From Bilabrum cf. latius (lineage: Eukaryota), in NCBI GenBank assembly GCA_965178125.1, contig OZ237757.1, positions 868,001 to 932,000 on the forward strand: a stretch of 64,000 bases of DNA, written 5' to 3'. The notes beneath the pieces were generated by a model, which was given only the letters and a program-made list of their open reading frames with translations, made no database searches and was not told the DNA's origin. Each line of letters starts with the position of its first letter. Position 1 is the first letter of the stretch. Positions 1 through 12,892 of the stretch are shown here, in pieces. Both the position numbers and the translations under genes were made by a program.

Positions 1-116
1 GAGGCGTTGTGGCATCCCACATTGCAGGTTAGCCAACAGCAACTGCAACATATTGAAAGTTTCCGAGTTATACTCTGTTGTGGCGTGGCCTCCGTAGGCG
101 TTTAATTGTACTAGCA

Positions 117-3100
117 ATGAGTAGGCAAGGCGGAAGGGATGGTGATGGCAGCAATGATGATGCTTGGGCTGCACTTGGTGATGGTACTGTCGGGCAGATA
201 TCCGATTTCCCTGTCCCAAAGAATAGAAGTGACGCAAGCAACATGGAGACACACACCAAGAACGATATATAGAGCTCAGTCAACCCAGATGGCGGTTTCT
301 CTCAATCGCTCTTTGGAGGAGTTGGCGGCATGCTGCCCGATGCACCGCTGCCACTGGCCCAGCCCCCAACCCCTGCATCTGGCCAGAGCCCAGACAGCCG
401 CCAATTTGGACCCAGTGACAGCAGCCTAGATTTGGAATCAGATTCAGACGGTTGGGAGTGGGATCTGGGCGAGCATGGTCAAGGCGACCCAGGGGCAGCA
501 GGGAGGAGGGGCACTGGCAGCCAGCCGCAGCACACTCTCGGGAGCGGCCGGGGAGCGGTCGCAGGCACACCGCAGTACCCCACACCCTCACAAGTAGAGC
601 CATCAGGCGGTGTCCGCTACCGCCTGTTCTCCGACCACGACGACTCATCGTCACACGAGGCGGGCAGCTGGGGCGCCCCTGCCTCCACTCCTACTCAGCC
701 TAGCTGGGGGCCTGCTTCCACAGACGGCGCCTGGGAGAACGAGGGTTTCGATTACGGGTTGTATTCAGAGCCGATGGAGCGGCTGGCGCCAACTCTTCTA
801 GAGCCGGACCCTGTTGAGTTCTGGAGGGCATGCCGCACGGCGGTGCGAGCCTGTCTCGGCGCGGAGAGGCCTGGCAGGCTGGAGGAGGCACTGACCCAGG
901 CGACCGTGGGGTGGTGGGTCCCAGGGTATGCAAGACTTGGCGAGGACGACGAGGATCGGGGGTCGATGGGAGAAGAAGGAGGAGGAGGAGAGGGGGGCTG
1001 GGCGGTCGGATTCGGGGATGGGGCCACAGCCGGTGTGCCTGGAGCAGAGAGCGAGGGGGCCGGGGATGATGCTGGTGTTGCAGACGGATCGGGTGACCAT
1101 TCTAGCGAATACGTCGATGCTGGAGAGCTAGAGGCGTGGCGAGACATCGACAGATCCGCCCTCAGCTGGTGCACGAGGCAGGTCGTCGAGGAGAGGCAGA
1201 GGGAGAGGGCTAGGAGGTGCGGCGGCGGCAGGACGGCAGGATCGTGTTCCCCAGGGAACAGGACGAGGTCTTGGGAGGAGGGGCTGCGGGCGCGCGGGTC
1301 TGGCCCCCAGCTCAGGACAGCTCTGGACGCTCTGCACTCCCTCCCCGCCGCCTTGCAGCCCGGGTGCCTGTGGGCTGCACTCGTGGCCTGGCGGGTGGAG
1401 GGGCTGACCAGGCCCCAGGGAACAGAGGATGGAGGAGTGGAGGAAGGGCTAGCGCACGAGGGAGAAGAAAGTAAGTCCCTGGCAGATCTCATCGTGCAGG
1501 CAGCGGGTGCGTGCGGGGGCCTGGGAGGAAGCTGCGGGGGAGGGGACACCGTCGCGGATGGATCGCTGGGAGTGCCACAGGCAGTCGGCTCGAACACAAG
1601 CTCGTTCGAACACAGCCCAGCACCCGTGCAGCACGCGAGCGACGCGGGCTCTGGCCCCGCCGGTGCCCCCCTGTGTGCAGACAAGATCAGGAGGGCCAAC
1701 CTGCTGGGGGCCTGGCTGGAGGGCGAGCTGGGGGCCTCTGTGCGGCGAGAGGGGGCGGTGCCCATCGGCGCGCGGGAGGCCTCTGTCCTTCGGCTTAGTC
1801 TCCTGGACCTGCTCAGGGGCATGGGGAACTCTAGAGGGGTGGAGGAGGCGGCCGTGGCGCTGCACCTCTGGGGGCCTGTGCTTGCTGAGGCCGTGGGGCG
1901 GTCCTGGGAGGGCAAGGGGGAAGGGGTGGCGGGCGGCGAGGCTGTTGACGGGCGAAGGGATGAGCAGGCGCTGGCGTGGGCCGCGGCCCATCCAGGCGGG
2001 CCAGAGGCCGCGGCGGTGCTGATGGTGGCGGTGAGGGCGGGGCGCCCGGCGGCCATCGCGCAGCTGGCGGGGCTCTGGGGCGACGCTGCAGGGGGTGCTT
2101 CGCGAGTGGAAGTGGAAACAGAAGCTTCGCATGTGGGCCGCCGCACTCCCATGGTTCTGGCAAGGGAACAAGCGGAGAGTGAAGGTCGCTAGGCGTGGCA
2201 TGGCCTGGGGTCGGCCACGTGGCGGGACGCGGTGGATTGGGCGAGGAAAGAGGCAGCCGGCGTGCTGCGGCGGCTGGGGGAGGGGCTGGGAGCCACGATG
2301 GTGCCTGGGAAGGACTCTGTTCCCCAGCAGCAGCAGCTGGAGCAGTTGGCAGAGCGGGTGGGGGAGGGCTTTGCTGGTATTGCGGCGGGGCTAGAGGCTG
2401 GTGCAGGCGGTGCAGACGGTGCGAAGGGCGAGGAATCGCCGGGGAGCACGCCCAGGGAACAAGGCGCAGCAGCAGCCGTGGAGACCGTCGGCGCGCTGCC
2501 CCTGCGCCCCCTGGCCGCTTTTGCCGCCCCGCACCCCTCCACCGCGCTACACCTCCTGGCCGTGTCGCTGATCGACTCGTCCGACCCTGCAGCCGGCGAG
2601 ATGGCACTCGGCATGGCAACCGCATTGCCTGAGGCGGCCCTCGCGGCAGGCTCGAAGGAGCTCCCCCGGCTGCACCCGCTCACCGTCCTCAAGGCCTGTC
2701 GCGCCATGACCAACACCCCGGGGGCCTTCCACCGCGCGCGGTTCTGCCTCGCCCGGACCATTCCTGCCTGCCTCGACACCGGGATGGAGGCCCAGAGAGA
2801 GATCGGGAGGGTCTTGGGAATGGGGAGGGGCGCTGAGGACGTGGCCAATGGTGGCATCGTGGGGCTAGGGGCCGGCGAAAGTGGCGCGGCCCGCGGGTCC
2901 CCGCTGTCCGCCCTGTCCACCGTGGATGTGCACGGGCTGGGAGTGCTGGTCATGGCGGCGGCTCGCCAGATGGACATCGCAGGGGCACAGGCCGTGGTGG
3001 AGGCCGCTGCAATGCAGTGCGCCAGGGAACAAAGTGTCAGGGAACAGCGCATAAAGGAGAGAGAGGGGCATCCCGCACAGACCTACTCCCAGGGGCAGCA

Positions 3101-5231
3101 GGCAGAGGGAGGCGAGCAAGCAGCCGGCGAGGCACAGCGGCGGGCCCTCGAGCGGCGGCTGGACCCCGAGGCAACCGAGCTCGAGCTGGCAGGCCGCCTC
3201 CAGATCAGGGACCGGTACTTGTTCCCTGGTTGGGAGGTGACCGAGCTGGCCTTGCACCTGATGCAGGTGCTGATGCCCACTGGAATGAGCGCACGGGACC
3301 TGGTCTCTGCCCTGAGGTCCGTGCCCAACGAGCTGCTGCCCGCCATCGGGGCGCGTGCGGACTGGCGGATCGAGGCGGAGACGAGGCGCTCCCAGATCGG
3401 GGACAGGGGCCGGACGTCCGCCCTGGCCGCCGTGGAGGTGCTGCGAGAGACCACCGCCAAGCTTCAGGCGCACCGCGCGTGGGACAAGGGCAGGAGCGAG
3501 AGGCTGGCGAGGAGGCTGCGCAGGGCGATGGGGGACAGGGCCGTGTCGGGGTGGGGGGGCCGCCAGAGCCGCAGCGGGGATGGCTCTGGCCCCGGCCAGG
3601 ACTCGGAATTGGAACCGGGCCGCGCGGGCACGGACCCGCTCGTGCGTGACGAGGAGAGCGCGGCGCACCACCTGATGATGATGTTCGCGTGCGCGAGGCA
3701 GACTAGGCTGGTGAAGCCCTCCTGGATGCTTCCGCTTGGGACAAGGCGGTGGGCTGCTGGGAGGGGGCCTCTGCTGCAGGTGGGCGCAGAGGCGGGGCAC
3801 GGCGGGAGCGCCTTCGAGCCATTTGCCGAGCTTGTCCTCGCCAGGGCCGCGCGGGCGGAGGGTGCAGTGCACGGGGGTGGAGCAGAGGCGGGCGCGGTGG
3901 ACATGTCCGCGCGGCTGCTTCGGATGGACGTCCCGTGGATGTGGCTCCCCGCCCGTGAGGCCGCCCGCTCCCTGGCCTGGGGCGGGGATGACGGTGTGAC
4001 GAGTGCTAAAGATGGTGTGACGAGTGCGCTGTGCGCGGAGCTCTCCTTGCTTCGGCACCTCGTGCAGGTGTCCCCACAGCCCGTGGTGGTGGACCACCGC
4101 CTGGGACAGGAGGTCTTCGGCAGGCTGGTGCAGGAGCCCTGGATGCTGCCTGCCTTCGAGGTGGTCCTGCGGGCGGCGAGGGAGGCCACTGGAGGGAAGG
4201 CGCTGGTGGGGCGGTTCTCGGTGCTGCAGAGCGTGCTGCGGGAGCTGGACCGGGAGGCGGGGGCTGCGAGCCCTGGGGGAGTGCCCGGGAGAGGGGTCGG
4301 GGTCGGGGGTGGGGGTGGGGGTGGGGGTGGTGCCGATGGGGAGGGGACGGGACTGGGACGGGATGTAGGAGGAGGAGGAAGAGGAGGAGAGACCGGGAGT
4401 CAGCGCGGGATTCACTCGCTCGACCCTGCCAGCGCTGCGGGCCTTCTCGCCGAGGTGTCTCGGATGGTCCAGGGAACAAGGAGCGCCGCGGCACACATGC
4501 TGGGGTCTGCCACCGCGCAGGCACTCGCAGAGGCCGGCAGGCCACTGTAGGCTCTGGAGACTCTGCGGGTGTTCTTCCGGGGGCAGAACAAGGGGCCCAC
4601 GCAGGTGCTGCACGAGATGGTGCTGGAGCGGCTGGCGCACCAGGGCCACGCCAAGGAGGCCTGGGAGGTGGTGACCCGGGACATGACGAGGTACAGGACG
4701 CACGTGCCCAATCGTCACAGGGTGAGGCTACTGTTGCTGGCCGCCGTCCAGGGCGGGGATCCGTGGGTGGCCAGGCAGTTGCTCGGCGAGATCGAGCAGC
4801 AGGCTGAGGCTGCGCTGGGAGGCAGCAGCGACGGGGCGGCGCGCGAGGGGGAAGCACCCGGCGAGCCGCCCCTAGGGGCGGTGCAGGATGGGTTAGAGCA
4901 GCGTGCGCGGGAGAGGGTGCGAGAGCTGGTCAGGCAGCTACCTGAGGGTGAGCTGGAGCCTCTGCGTGAGCTGGCGGCCAAGGGCGAGCGCGGCACCAAC
5001 ACGGGAGCGGCGACTAGGGCTGCGTTCCCAGTTGTGCGAGGGGAAGCGGCAAGGGTTACAAGCAGGCAGTACTCTACAGCCGCTGTGGCACGGGTATGCA
5101 AAAGTGCGCCGGCGTTCTAGTAGGGGTATCGTCGTGTCGGGCGGATCGGCCGAGACCCCATGATGAAGGGATCGGCTCGCGCGGGCAGGCTTCTCGGGAG
5201 GATTGTCCGAGCTGCTCTGCTTTGGAAGTAA
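117..5231 (+). CDS. Large hypothetical protein (~1704 aa if TAG is sense); helical and low-complexity, possible PPR/TPR-like segment near the C-terminus
   Basis: ORFs 78-272, 330-2192, 2232-4550 and 4569-5120 share one frame and are separated only by TAG (270, 2190, 4548, 5118, 5121). First ATG after an upstream TGA is at 117. First non-TAG stop is TAA 5229-5231, which could instead overlap a GTAAAT splice donor. No family recognised. Confidence 0.6.
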
Positions 5232-5376
5232 ATGTTGATATTCGCGAGACAGGATTGCACAGCAATGTCTCGGTACTCTAGTAGTCCCATCGTCATGTTA
5301 ATGCTGTGCATGTAATTGGTGGCACCAAGGCATTCATGAAGCCCCTCAAGTGCTAGCATAGTGTCCCTGCGCACGA

Positions 5377-7062
5377 TCAGAGCTCGGCCAGCAGCCCACT
5401 TATCGAGTGTTGCATCCGAACTGCCTTGGCGCGCAGGTACCCGGCGGCCAGGCCGCTCCGCGCTCGCAGCTGCAGCTGCACCGTCCTGGGCACTTCGATC
5501 CCCAGCTCCCTGAGCTTCTTCGCTTTGCGGGGGTTGTTCGTTAGCAGCGCAACCTTGCTGATTCCAAGTTCTGCGAGCATATCCGCCGCCGCACCGTACT
5601 CCCTCGCGTCGTCCGGCATCCCGAGGTCCCGATTGGCGTCCACCGTGTCCCGCCCGTGCGCCTGCAGGGCGTACGCCGCCGCCTTGGCCGCCAATCCGAT
5701 ACCCCTCCCCTCCTGCGGCAGGTACAGCACCGCTCCCCCCCTGGGACTCCTGCTGATCCTCCTGAGCGCCTCTCTCAGCTGGTCCGCGCAGTCGCACTTG
5801 AGCGAGCCCAGGGCCTCCGAGGTGAAGCACGCGTCGTGGACCCGAACCAGCACACCTTCACCTGCCCCGTCGTCCTGGTGTGACGAGTGCGAGGCGGGGG
5901 CAGGGGGTGCCACCAGCGCCACTGCCTCGCACCCTTCGGGGTTCACGTACACGCGCATGAGCAGTGTCCCAGCCGAGGCCGTGGGCAGCGGCGTGGCGGC
6001 AAGCAGCCGGTATGGGCGAGCGGCCACCCGGGCTTGGACCCGGGACTGCAGCGCAGCCAGCGTCTCCCGCAGCGCCGGGGCGTCCGCCGTGGCGGGCGAA
6101 GGGACGGTCCACGCTGCGGCCAGGCCGGCATCGGTTGCAACCGGTGGCAGGGGGGCGAAGAGGCGGGCCGTTCCCTCCCCACCGGCTGCAGCGGCAGCGG
6201 GCGGGGCTGTTCCCTGGAAGGGGCCCAGGGAGGGAACAACGGACTGGGCCGACACCGGCCCCGACCCTGAATCTGATTCTGACGGTGCTGCCGCGACCGA
6301 ACCGGCTGCACCGACACCTGTCGCCATCTCTCCCCCTTCCATGGTCGCCTCTGGCCGGACACTCCCACCCTCTACCAACGGCCCACCCTCCAGCAAAGGC
6401 CCACCCTCCAGCAAAGGCCCACCCTCCAGCAAAGGCCCACCCTCCTCCCCTGGGTCTGACGCGGTCGCCTGGGGTGTTGCCGCTTCTTCCGATGCCGCTG
6501 CTGCTGCTGCTACTGTCATGTCGAGATCCCCGGCGGTCGCACTCGTCACACCAGGGGACCACGCAGCCGCAGCCAGCCCGCTGCCCCTTGAGGCCGCGCC
6601 TCCCAGGCTGTGGGCCTCGTGCCAGGCCCGCATGGCGTCCTGGGGGAGGACAACGGTGTGACGAGTGATAACTGTGTGACGAGTGTCATCAGTCCCGGCG
6701 GCATGCCCTGGTTCCTCTCCTGCCGTGGTTGGCGGCAGGGTAGAAGGGGGCGGGAAGGAGGCCGGGGACGACGAAGGAGCACCGGCAGCGGCAGCGGGGG
6801 GGGAACTGCCCGTTCCCGCGGCTCGGCTGGGGGCATGTCCCCCGCGATGCCTTCTCCTGCTCCTGCTACTGGCCGTGCTGCCGGCGCGGCTGCTGCCGCC
6901 GCCTCTAGCGGTTCCAGCCGCCGATGCAGCCCCGGCGATGGATGGGACGGACGCTCGGCCCCGGCCTCTCGCGAACGTGCCTGCTTCCGAAGGCGCCGCC
7001 TCGCTCGCAGATGAATCGCTGTCCGTGGATGACAAGCTTGCGTTGGAATGGGACGGCGGCAT
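5377..7062 (-). CDS. ribA: GTP cyclohydrolase II (riboflavin biosynthesis) with a long low-complexity N-terminal extension
   Basis: C-terminal ~200 aa carry RibA motifs VRVHDACFTSEALGSLKCDC, QEGRGIGL, AYALQ..G.DTVDAN, DDAREY and LLTNNPRK. TGA stop. Start uncertain; 7062 is the first in-frame ATG. Confidence 0.88.
   Translation of the reverse strand: MPPSHSNASLSSTDSDSSASEAAPSEAGTFARGRGRASVPSIAGAASAAGTARGGGSSRAGSTASSRSRRRHRGGHAPSRAAGTGSSPPAAAAGAPSSSPASFPPPSTLPPTTAGEEPGHAAGTDDTRHTVITRHTVVLPQDAMRAWHEAHSLGGAASRGSGLAAAAWSPGVTSATAGDLDMTVAAAAAASEEAATPQATASDPGEEGGPLLEGGPLLEGGPLLEGGPLVEGGSVRPEATMEGGEMATGVGAAGSVAAAPSESDSGSGPVSAQSVVPSLGPFQGTAPPAAAAAGGEGTARLFAPLPPVATDAGLAAAWTVPSPATADAPALRETLAALQSRVQARVAARPYRLLAATPLPTASAGTLLMRVYVNPEGCEAVALVAPPAPASHSSHQDDGAGEGVLVRVHDACFTSEALGSLKCDCADQLREALRRISRSPRGGAVLYLPQEGRGIGLAAKAAAYALQAHGRDTVDANRDLGMPDDAREYGAAADMLAELGISKVALLTNNPRKAKKLRELGIEVPRTVQLQLRARSGLAAGYLRAKAVRMQHSISGLLAEL
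6380..6445. repeat. 18-bp coding tandem repeat (GGCCCACCCTCCAGCAAA x ~3.7; GGPLLE repeats in the RibA extension)
   Basis: Read directly from the sequence. Confidence 0.9.
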
Positions 7063-9155
7063 CGCCCTGCCGCTGCGCTGCCCGGAAGCAACTCGCGTGG
7101 AAGCGAACTGCGCCACGGAAGCATCCCTTGTTCCGACGACTTGTGCGCAGCCAGGCTGGAGCTGCACCGAATTATGAGCAAACGCCTACAATTGAGATTG
7201 TGCATGCGACCCACTAGAGTGGCCATCCGCTCCTGGGCTACTTAAGGTCACCCGCTGCTGTGGCGAGTGACGGAACGATGATGTCGGCAACGCTGGAGGA
7301 ACGCTGTCGCGCAACTCCGGTGCTTCGATTCGCCCAATCCTGTCTAAACATCCATCATATGCATCCTAATGAATTGGGGCAGAGTTCGCGCCACTTCGCG
7401 CCGTACTATCACCGCCGGCGGAAGGAGTGCAAAACTATGTGCCGATTGTAGATTGCAGCGGCATCTGCAGCCAATCTGAGTCATCTCTGCCAAAGTTGTT
7501 CATCTCTGTTGGATGAAAGAGATAATAATAGACTGTTGACGAAGTTGTGTTGGTTATTCGTCTTGATGTACCGCGGTATAGCTGAGATCCTTCCGATGAC
7601 AAGTCATGGCCTCGCTCCAGTGGCTAGTTGCAGTGCACTGTGGCACAGCTTCCAGAAGCACCTGATCGACGAATCGCACCGAGGTTCGGTCGCCCGTGAT
7701 TTGAGACACATTGGCCGTGGGGCATCGTTCAGGCACTGGGGCTGATTTCTACTAGTATAGTATGGTGCTGTCGCACAGCCTGACTGAGTCCGAGAGAGTG
7801 GCGGCAGCAGCAGTGCAGTGAAGCGCTTACAAGACGAGGCAAAGATGACAGTGCTGAGGGATCTAGGAACTGATTAAGACTAATTGTTGCACCTTAAGCG
7901 CGGATACACTAGGGTTGAGACTTGTAGATGTAAACAAGCAAGCCAGGCCAGTGGATCGTCTAGCGTACTCGTGGCAGGCGCAAAAAGTGGTTCGAGGGCA
8001 TAGGCCGTGTGACCACGCATACGAGGGAGATGCTACATCGCACAGACACCTGGCTAGAGCCAACAGGTACGGTGTGATAATTTGAGTGCTCGCTGCCCCT
8101 GCTGAGGTTGCATTCCAAGTTACTAGCTGTCTGTGATGGGATCCTAGTCGTCTGGCACAACTACAGCAGGGGCAGAGATCACTCCAATTATCACAACAGA
8201 GATATTGAATAGGATTACTCGGGCCGAATGCATTGTAGCCACGGGATGGCATGGGTTTGCTGCTGGCTCGGAAGTCAACAGCACGACATTCATACAACGT
8301 ACCGGTCAGCGACGGCTTTCAATCGCAGCCAGCCTTTCCAAAAATAAAAAATACAGCACAGTCGATGTATGCAACGTGAATCCTAGATATTTGTCCAATC
8401 TATTCGAAACAGGTGATGCCGATTTTCTGATCCGAGTTGATCAATGTTGTGTGTACTTTGGAATATATCGATCCGATCTCCCAATCGGTTGAGACAGATT
8501 TGAGGGATCGCTCTACCACCGTAGAGCAGGTCGTTCGCAGAGGTTATCTGCTCGTAGCTGTAAGAATCTATCTACGCGCGTCTATAGGATGGATATATGT
8601 TCGTGGTTGTCTGCAACCTCGAGAGAGGAGATGGCGCCAGTTTGAGCCGGATGTGACTGGAGCTAGATCTTATGCGAAACCTGCTTAGCCTGTGCTCACA
8701 TCTGCTATTTTTGCTTTGCTGCCTTTAGTACTACTCACAGTTATCATGATTGACGGACTTGACGAGTCTGGATCAGGTGAGAAGACAACACCAACTTGAG
8801 GATTGACTGCGGCCGTTTGTGCCCTGTTGCTAGCATGGCTTCAGCCGTGTTCAGGACCAGAGACTCAAAGATTGTCTCACATTTCTATTGATTGAAATAT
8901 AGGCTTTGCATTGCTACTTTGGGCTGAATGATAATTGGTTGTAGTAGAGTCTTTGCCGTGGTTGAATTGATGCGACCGGTCAAACTACGTGTCAACCTTT
9001 GCCGCGGGATGATCCCCCCCTGGAGGCATATGCGGCATTGCCTGTCGGGTGAACTGTGTTGATTCATTCCATGAAAATGATTCCCAACATTGCATGCTGT
9101 TGGTAGTTGGCCCTTGTTCAGTGGTCGAGCGCCAGTTGGGAGTGGTAGCCGGGCG

Positions 9156-12100
9156 ATGCTAGCACCACCGATCGGTGACTGCCAGGCTGCAGATAGCTTG
9201 CGTTTGTGAAATATGTATTAACCTAGAGCTGCATAGCACAGTGCGCGCTGTGTGGTCGAACAGAGCGGGGCTTTTTGAACCCCCTCGCCCGATCCGCCTG
9301 CCTTCACCCAGTTTCCCGTCCAAGGTTATATCCCCCCTCTCTCGCTTTTTCCCTGATCGGTCGCAGTGTCGGTGGGCTTCGCCGCCGGCCTGGTGTCCAT
9401 CGTGGTGGCCATGGTGTTCTACCTGTCCATCCAGTACGTGGACCTCGAGAACCCCGAGGAGTTCATCGTCATCGCATCGGACGCGAGCCGCAGCGGGGGC
9501 GCGCAGGCCATGTCCAGGGCCAGCGCCACCAAGCGCTTCGCGCGCGTGGCCAAGCTGGTCGAGCAGATCAACCAGGGCGCGCAGTCGTTCCTCAACACGG
9601 AGTACTTTTACCTCGCCATCTTCGTGGTGGTGGTGGGCATCGCCATCGCGGTGGCCCTCATCCAGGAGGACAAGCAGGAGTTCGGAGTCTACACCATGAT
9701 CTGCTTCTTCGCGGGCGCCATCCTGTCCGGGTTGGCTGGATACTTCGGCATGCTGGTGGCCACTGAGGCCAATGGCCGCACCACCCTCGCGTGCGTGGAC
9801 TCGATGAAGAGGGGCCTCGAGGTCTCCTTCGCCTCTGGCGCCGTCATGTCCAACGTGGTGGTGGGCTTCGGCATCGTGGGCGTGTCTATCCTGTACGTGG
9901 CTTTCTCCGGTGACAAGGACGTGTGGTCTTACATCTCCGGGTTCGGCTTCGGCGCCTCCAGCATCGCGCTCTTCGCCCGCGTGGGCGGAGGCATCTTCAC
10001 CAAGGCCGCCGACGTGGGCGCCGATCTCGTGGGCAAGGTCGAGGCCGGCATCCCCGAGGACGACCCCAGGAACCCCGCCGTGATCGCCGACAACGTGGGC
10101 GACAACGTGGGTGACGTGGCCGGCATGGGCGCCGACCTGTTCGAGTCCTTCGTGGGCTCCATCATCGCCGCGTGCACCATCGCCGAGACCCAGTTCGCCG
10201 ACTCTGCCGAGGTGACTCAGGCCGCCATCGCCCTGCCCTTCTGGGTGGCTGGCTTCGGCATCGTGTGCGCGCTCATCGGGACCTTCATCATCCGGACCGT
10301 GCCCCTGGACAACGGCGCCGGGCTCGGCCGCCTCTTGCTCCAGCTCAACGCCGGCATCTACACGTCGGCCTTGCTGATCGTGGGCCTGTCCATCGTGGCC
10401 ACCCAGGTGCTCTTCGACGGCGACCTCGCGTGGGAGCTGTGGGCCTGCATCGTGATCGGGCTCGTGGCCGGCATCGTCGTGGGAGCCTTCACCGAGTACT
10501 GCACCGCGTACGACTACGCCCCCACCCAGGCCATCTCGGAGTCCTCCACCGCCGGTGGGGCCCCCGTGATCATCATGGGCATGGGAGTAGGCATGATCTC
10601 CGTGACCGTCCCCACCTTCGCCCTCGCCGCCACCGTCATCGCCTGCAACGAGCTCGCCGGACTGTACGGCATCGCCATCGCCGCCGTGGGCCTGCTGTCC
10701 ACCCTGGGCGTGACACTCGCCACGGACGCCTACGGACCCGTCGCCGACAACGCCGGCGGCATCGCCGAGATGGCCGACCTCCCCTCGTGGGTGCGCGACC
10801 GGACCGACGCCCTCGACTCGCTGGGGAACACCACCGCCGCCACCGGGAAGGGCTTCGCCATCGGATCCGCCGTGCTCACCAGCGTGGGCCTGATCGCCGC
10901 CTTCCTGCAGACTGCCGGCGTAGGCGCATTCGCCGAGGCCGGCTCCGGCAACGAGCGCTTCATCCCCACGCTGGACGACCCCATCGTGCTGACCGGCGTG
11001 CTCATCGGGGCGTCGCTGCCCTTCGTCTTCGCCGCGCTGACCATGCTGTCTGTGAACACGGCCGCCAAGGCCATCATCGACCAGGTGCGCCTGCACTTCG
11101 CCAAGAAGCCCGAGCTCCTCGAGGACAACTCCGGCGACCAGGTCAGCTTCAAGGTCGTGGCCCCCGAGGCCGCCGCCCAGGACGGAGAGGAGAACGGCGA
11201 GGGCGCGGCCGCCGCCGACGCCGGTGACGTGGTTGTGGCCGAGGGCACCCCCGCCCACGAGCTGTTCGAGGTGACCGAGGCCGGCGTGCTGCGCGCGCGC
11301 CCCGTGATGGCCGACAAGACCGTGACCGGCACCCAGCGGTTCGAGATCGAGGTAAGCGTGGTCAAGGAGGCCGTCGTGGAGGACGAGGAGAAGGCCGCCG
11401 ACGACGCCATGGACGCCATCTTCGCCAGCGTGTCCGCCGAGGACTCGGAGGAGTGCGTCAAGATCGCCACCGCCGCCGCCGTGGAGGAGATGATCCTGCC
11501 CGGCCTCATCGCCGTGTTTGCCCCCATCGTCGCCGGCTTCCTGCTCGGCACGCCCGGCCTGGCCGGCGTGCTGGTGGGCTCCCTGACCTCTGGATTCATG
11601 CTCGCCCTGACCATGTCCAACGCGGGCGGTGCTTGGGACAACGCCAAGAAGCTCGTGGAGAAGCTGGCGTCGGCCGGCGACGAGGAGTCGCTCGTGGGCG
11701 AGTTCCCTTCGTTCGTGCAGTACGGCACCAAGAGCTTCGGCACCATGAAGAAGAAGCTCGACAAGTGGGACCTGAGCACCGTGGAGAAGCGCACCCAGGC
11801 CTACCAGGCCTTCGGCCTCGGGGCCCAGGACCTCGAGAACGGGGAGAGGAACCTCGCCGCCGAGCTGGCCCAGGCAGAGGTGCTCGCAGAGAGGTACCAC
11901 GAGAAGCACTCGGCGGTGGTGACCGGCGACACCGTGGGTGACCCGTACAAGGACACCTCTGGCCCCGCCCTCAACATCCTCATCAAGCTCATGTCGGTGG
12001 TGTCCCTCGTGTTCGCCCCCGCCTTCAAGTCTCTGGACGAGCACGGCGGCTTCTCCACCACGGGCACTGTCGTGGCCGTCGTTGTCTCCGTGGTGCTGGG

Positions 12101-12341
12101 CCTGGGCGCATACCTGCTCGTGGCCTGCATCAACGGCCGCAACGCCGAGCGCAAGGAGGAGGCGGACAAGAAGATGAAGGAGGCCCGCGCCGCCAAGCGT
12201 GCCGCCGACCAGCAGAAGCGCGCCAACGAGGCCGCCGCCTCGGCACCCACCGCGGAGGCCCCCGCCCCCGCCGCTGTGGAGCAGGAGGCCGCTGCCCCCG
12301 CTGAGGCCGCTGCTCCGGCCGACGGCCAGGAGGAGGCCTGA
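9156..12341 (+). CDS. Membrane-bound H+-translocating pyrophosphatase (V-PPase), K+-dependent type
   Basis: Motifs GGGIFTKAADVGADLVGKVE, EDDPRNPAVIADNVGDNVGD, DAYGPVADNAGGIAEM, GNTTAAT (Ala form = K+-dependent) and GDTVGDPYKDTSGP. Exon 1 9156-9174, intron 9175-9366 (GTGACT...CGCAG), exon 2 9367-12341, TGA stop. No TAG codons. Confidence 0.96.
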
Positions 12342-12892
12342 GTGTGACGAGTGATTGAGTGGGAGATGGGGAGGGGAGGGGGGTGCGGTCGTGCTGCCCG
12401 TGTCCTGCTGCGACTCGGCGCGTCTATTGGATGTGTTTTTGATCCTCCGGTCATTTCTTTTTTGCCTCGCACCGATCTGTTCCTGATAGGGGGCAGGTGC
12501 TAGGCAGGGAAGGGGGGGGGCTGGAGGAGCGCGTCGGGGGGTGTGAGCAGCTGGTGGATGGACACTGGAGCGATCCGTGCTCTCGGTCGCCTCCTCTCGT
12601 CGCAGGAAGGGGATGAGGTGGAGGAATATCGGATACTGATAAGTATGTGGCTTTGATTGATTGCCAACGGAGATGGCGAGCGGCGGCGCGCCCTGCCTTT
12701 GCTCTCTCGGGACTCTTTGCTGCGCTTGGCACCTGCAAGGGTACCTCTCGTGTGTCCCCAGGGGTACAGGCACAGGTTGCGATCGCTTTCGTTTGCTGGA
12801 TCTTGAGGCGAAGAGAAAAACATTGAGCTGCGCTAGTCTTCGTTCGTGCAAGCCACAAAAGAATAACAACAATGGTGCAAGGCGTGGTGCCG

